From: Okamejei kenojei
Lineage: Eukaryota
Direction of reading: 5' to 3'
Assembly (NCBI GenBank): GCA_035221665.1
Contig: CM069132.1
Span: 83,080,001 to 83,144,000 of the forward strand
Length of the DNA stretch: 64,000 bases
Each line of letters opens with the position of its first letter. The first letter of the stretch is position 1. Both the position numbers and the translations under genes were made by a program. Below the pieces are notes generated by a model that worked only from the letters and a program-made list of their open reading frames with translations, had not been told where the DNA came from and made no database searches. Of this stretch, positions 61,120 to 64,000 are shown piece after piece.

Positions 61120-63699
61120 AGTAGTTAGAACATTAAAGTTAATAACTGTGTTGAAAGATTAAGTTTGACAGGTAGCATATTTGTAACTTCTTACATAGAA
61201 TTTCAGTCTTTCTGTCAAAAACCTTCAGTACTTGTATGTAGGAGGGAAAGCAACAAAATCTCGCCTCGGGCTGTTAGATTCAACAGTGACAGTTTTACAA
61301 ATAAAACAGTATCTGGAGATACAATTATCCAGAGAAAGTTTGGCCTTACAGGCATTCTAACCTAATATCCTTGATAGTATTACGTTTTCCTTGTTAGAAA
61401 TAAGCCGTCTGGATTAATATACATCCATGTGCTTAAATCTAAGAGAGCAGTAAATTAAAAAGCAGATACCTCATACAATTTATTTAGTGAAATGCAATAA
61501 CATACAGATGAGTTGGATATGTGGAAGCAAAATCTGATATTTGCTGTAAGTGGATTTGGGATTAACCTTTGCCCTATGATTACTATACGAGCAGCATGTC
61601 AACTTCATGCCATCGTATTCAATGATGCAAGGTTAAAAGAGGGCATTGACTGCAGCATTTATATGATGGTGTTGGTGTTACATAGTGATATCATGGCCTC
61701 ATTAGACTGCACTGCAGCACCCATGCTAACACCCTCATCAATATGGATCCTATTCAATTCACCTATCAAAATGTGCATGCATGTAGTAGTGTCTGTTTAA
61801 GACAGAATTATTACAATACAATGGGACATTTGCCACATCAAGTCCCTGGTGTCTGCTTGTAGAGCAGTTTCACTCAGCTGCAACCATTGTTTTTTGCCCG
61901 ATAATCCACAAACTAAAATTAGATACAAAAAGCAGCAATCACTCGGTGGGTCAGATAGCATCTCTGGAGAAAATAAATAGGTGACATTTTGGGTCAAGAC
62001 CCTTCTTTTCCAACTGAAACTTCACCTATTCCTTTATTCCAGAGATGCTTTCTAACCCGCTGAGTTACTCCAGCTTTTTGTATCTATTTTCTGTTTAACC
62101 CAGAAAATGCAGTTCCTTCCTACACAAATCCCACAAACTAATTTCCCTCAAATCAAGGGCCTTTTAATATTTCTGATTGATAACTTGTTTCCATCACCCT
62201 TTCAAGCTGTGGATTTTAGATCATACACACTCTTTCAATAAAATGTAAACAAAAAATCTTTCTTCAGCAACTAAATATTTAGCCCATCATTTTGAATGTG
62301 GTTCCTTTGGCCATCTACTAGTAGGACAAGCTTACTATTTACTCAGATAACAGGTCAACACTGATCAGTCCACTAAGGTTCAGCACATTCTTATCCTGTA
62401 GACTGTAGTGGGTCTCGGTGGTTCAGTGCTGGGAGCAGATTCAATAAAAGTAATGAATATAATTGTAGAATTTTGTTGGGGGGAAGGGGGTTTGTAGGGG
62501 ATTCAAGTAAATATAACATTAATTTTGCAGAATTTCAGAGGTATGGTTTGCATTAAGGAAACAGAGGGGAAAGAAATATGAATTATATTCCAAAACAAGA
62601 CAGTGTCTCTGGAGATTCTGATTCAAAGCGATACATGCAACTGGGCTCACAGTAATGCCTGACTGATTTTTTTTATCTGTCAGTTGTTGGATCTCTTTTA
62701 AACCTTTATGGAAATCTTAAATTCAGATACATCTTTCTCTCCAATTAGTACTGCTTGAAGAGCTTGACTCCACCACCAAACCAATTGAACTGCTGCAGCA
62801 ACTCCAGAAGGATAACTGCCGCAGTTATTCATTTATAACTCTTGAGAGTTTCAGGATTTTCCATGAAGTAGAAGCACTGCATAAAGTTAAAAATCAAAAA
62901 CTTAATACTGACAACTAATAAAACGGTTTTATAATGCTACTTCATTTATGATTTGATGCTGCAATATTTTCAAGGAATTATTCTTTGGTATGATTATAAT
63001 GTCTTTGCAATGAAGTAATACGGCAGGCATTGAAAAAAGTTATCTATGCTTGTTATAGTCCTGTGCTTGTTTTCTTTTCAATCTTTCAGCAAATAGGCTG
63101 AAAACATCCGTTATTCATTAATATATTCTGATCTCTCATGAAAGCATGAGGAACCTATCTGCTGGCATTTACTCCTGAATGCTTTGAATAAATTGAAACC
63201 TTGAGGGTTACAAACAGCTGGATGACTATATTGTTCCAAGTTTGTGCCATAATTTAAGTGACTTTTAACATAATTAATTTCACTGAGACAATGCTTCATA
63301 ATACATCCTTGGTAGTATGTACATTGGAAAAGCTGCATGTAAAATTGAAAATATTCACTAATTGTATTCATTTTACATGTTTGGCTAATGCGTTTTCAGG
63401 TAGACTGATGGCTTTCAACTTTTGTCTTTCAAGCAAAGATGCATCCCCATCCCATCTCTTTCCCTCCCATGCCCCACATCCCCCACCATGCTGTGTTCCC
63501 ATTTCTCCCACCATCTCCCAAAGCATTTCTTCCATTCACCGTCCCTTTCCCCTCCTTTGTACACTCATCACCCATACCTGTTCCTATTTCAATTTTCTCC
63601 CCCCTCTTTCACTTCACCCTATTTTCTTCCACCACATTCCTCCTTGAATTTGCCCCTCCTCTCCTCTCCTCTCCTTATCTGATACCCTTTTAACATCTC

Positions 63700-63920
63700 T
63701 TCATCGCCAACCGTTGTCACTTACTCCACCCATTTATCAATCAATCCCCCATCACCTGAATCCCCCTATCACTTGTGGGCTTTGTCATGCCCCACCTCTC
63801 TTTTTGTGCTTTCTCCTCCATACTCCGATCAGACTGATGAAGGATCCCAACCAAAACGTTGTCTGTTCATTCCCTCCCCAGATACTGCCTGATGCCGAGT
63901 TCTCTCAGCTGTTTATGTTA
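63700..63920 (+). mobile_element. Degenerate Penelope-like terminus
   Basis: cagactgatgaaggatcccaaccaaaacgttgtc..cagatactgcctga..gagttctctcagc, preceded by a pyrimidine-rich UTR-like tract. Confidence 0.55.
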
Positions 63921-64000
63921 TGTATTCTGACAAGTGGATGCTTATCCATTACCTACATAACTCCAAACATTGGTAGATGTGATAGATTTGGTTACATTTC

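Noticed and set aside
62748-62920. Plus-strand open frame after an acceptor-like site (LLEELDSTTKPIELLQQ...)
   Set aside because: No clear donor or recognisable homology; insufficient support.

Overview
Eukaryotic, repeat-dominated DNA, most likely from a cartilaginous fish (skate/ray). This is inferred from the HE1/V-SINE-like SINEs, CR1, Rex1/Babar, Penelope and DIRS elements and a fish-type 18S fragment. There are three assembly gaps, and the G/T-skewed block at about 2.3-13.5 kb looks like unpolished long-read sequence. No host protein-coding gene can be identified with confidence. The main content is three decayed DIRS-type tyrosine-recombinase (YR) retrotransposons (gag, RT/RNase H, Dam-like MTase, YR, with ITR/ICR ends). 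Two are nested: a Harbinger-like MITE holds DIRS-A (22589-31091, +), which holds DIRS-B (23885-27820, -). DIRS-D (53751-59374, +) carries an L1 insertion. The window also has two internally deleted Gypsy elements, a TRIM-like mini LTR element with CTCF-like motifs, head-to-tail Helitron-like copies, Penelope ends with hammerhead-like cores and an 18S rRNA fragment inside a MITE. The most interesting signal is in the DIRS copies. In all three, the YR frame has no start codon and begins right after a conserved phase-0 TTTGCAG acceptor. In two copies the pol start reads accATG-GAG|GTAGGT, a phase-0 donor. This suggests pol is removed as an intron to express the recombinase; it is a hypothesis from sequence only.
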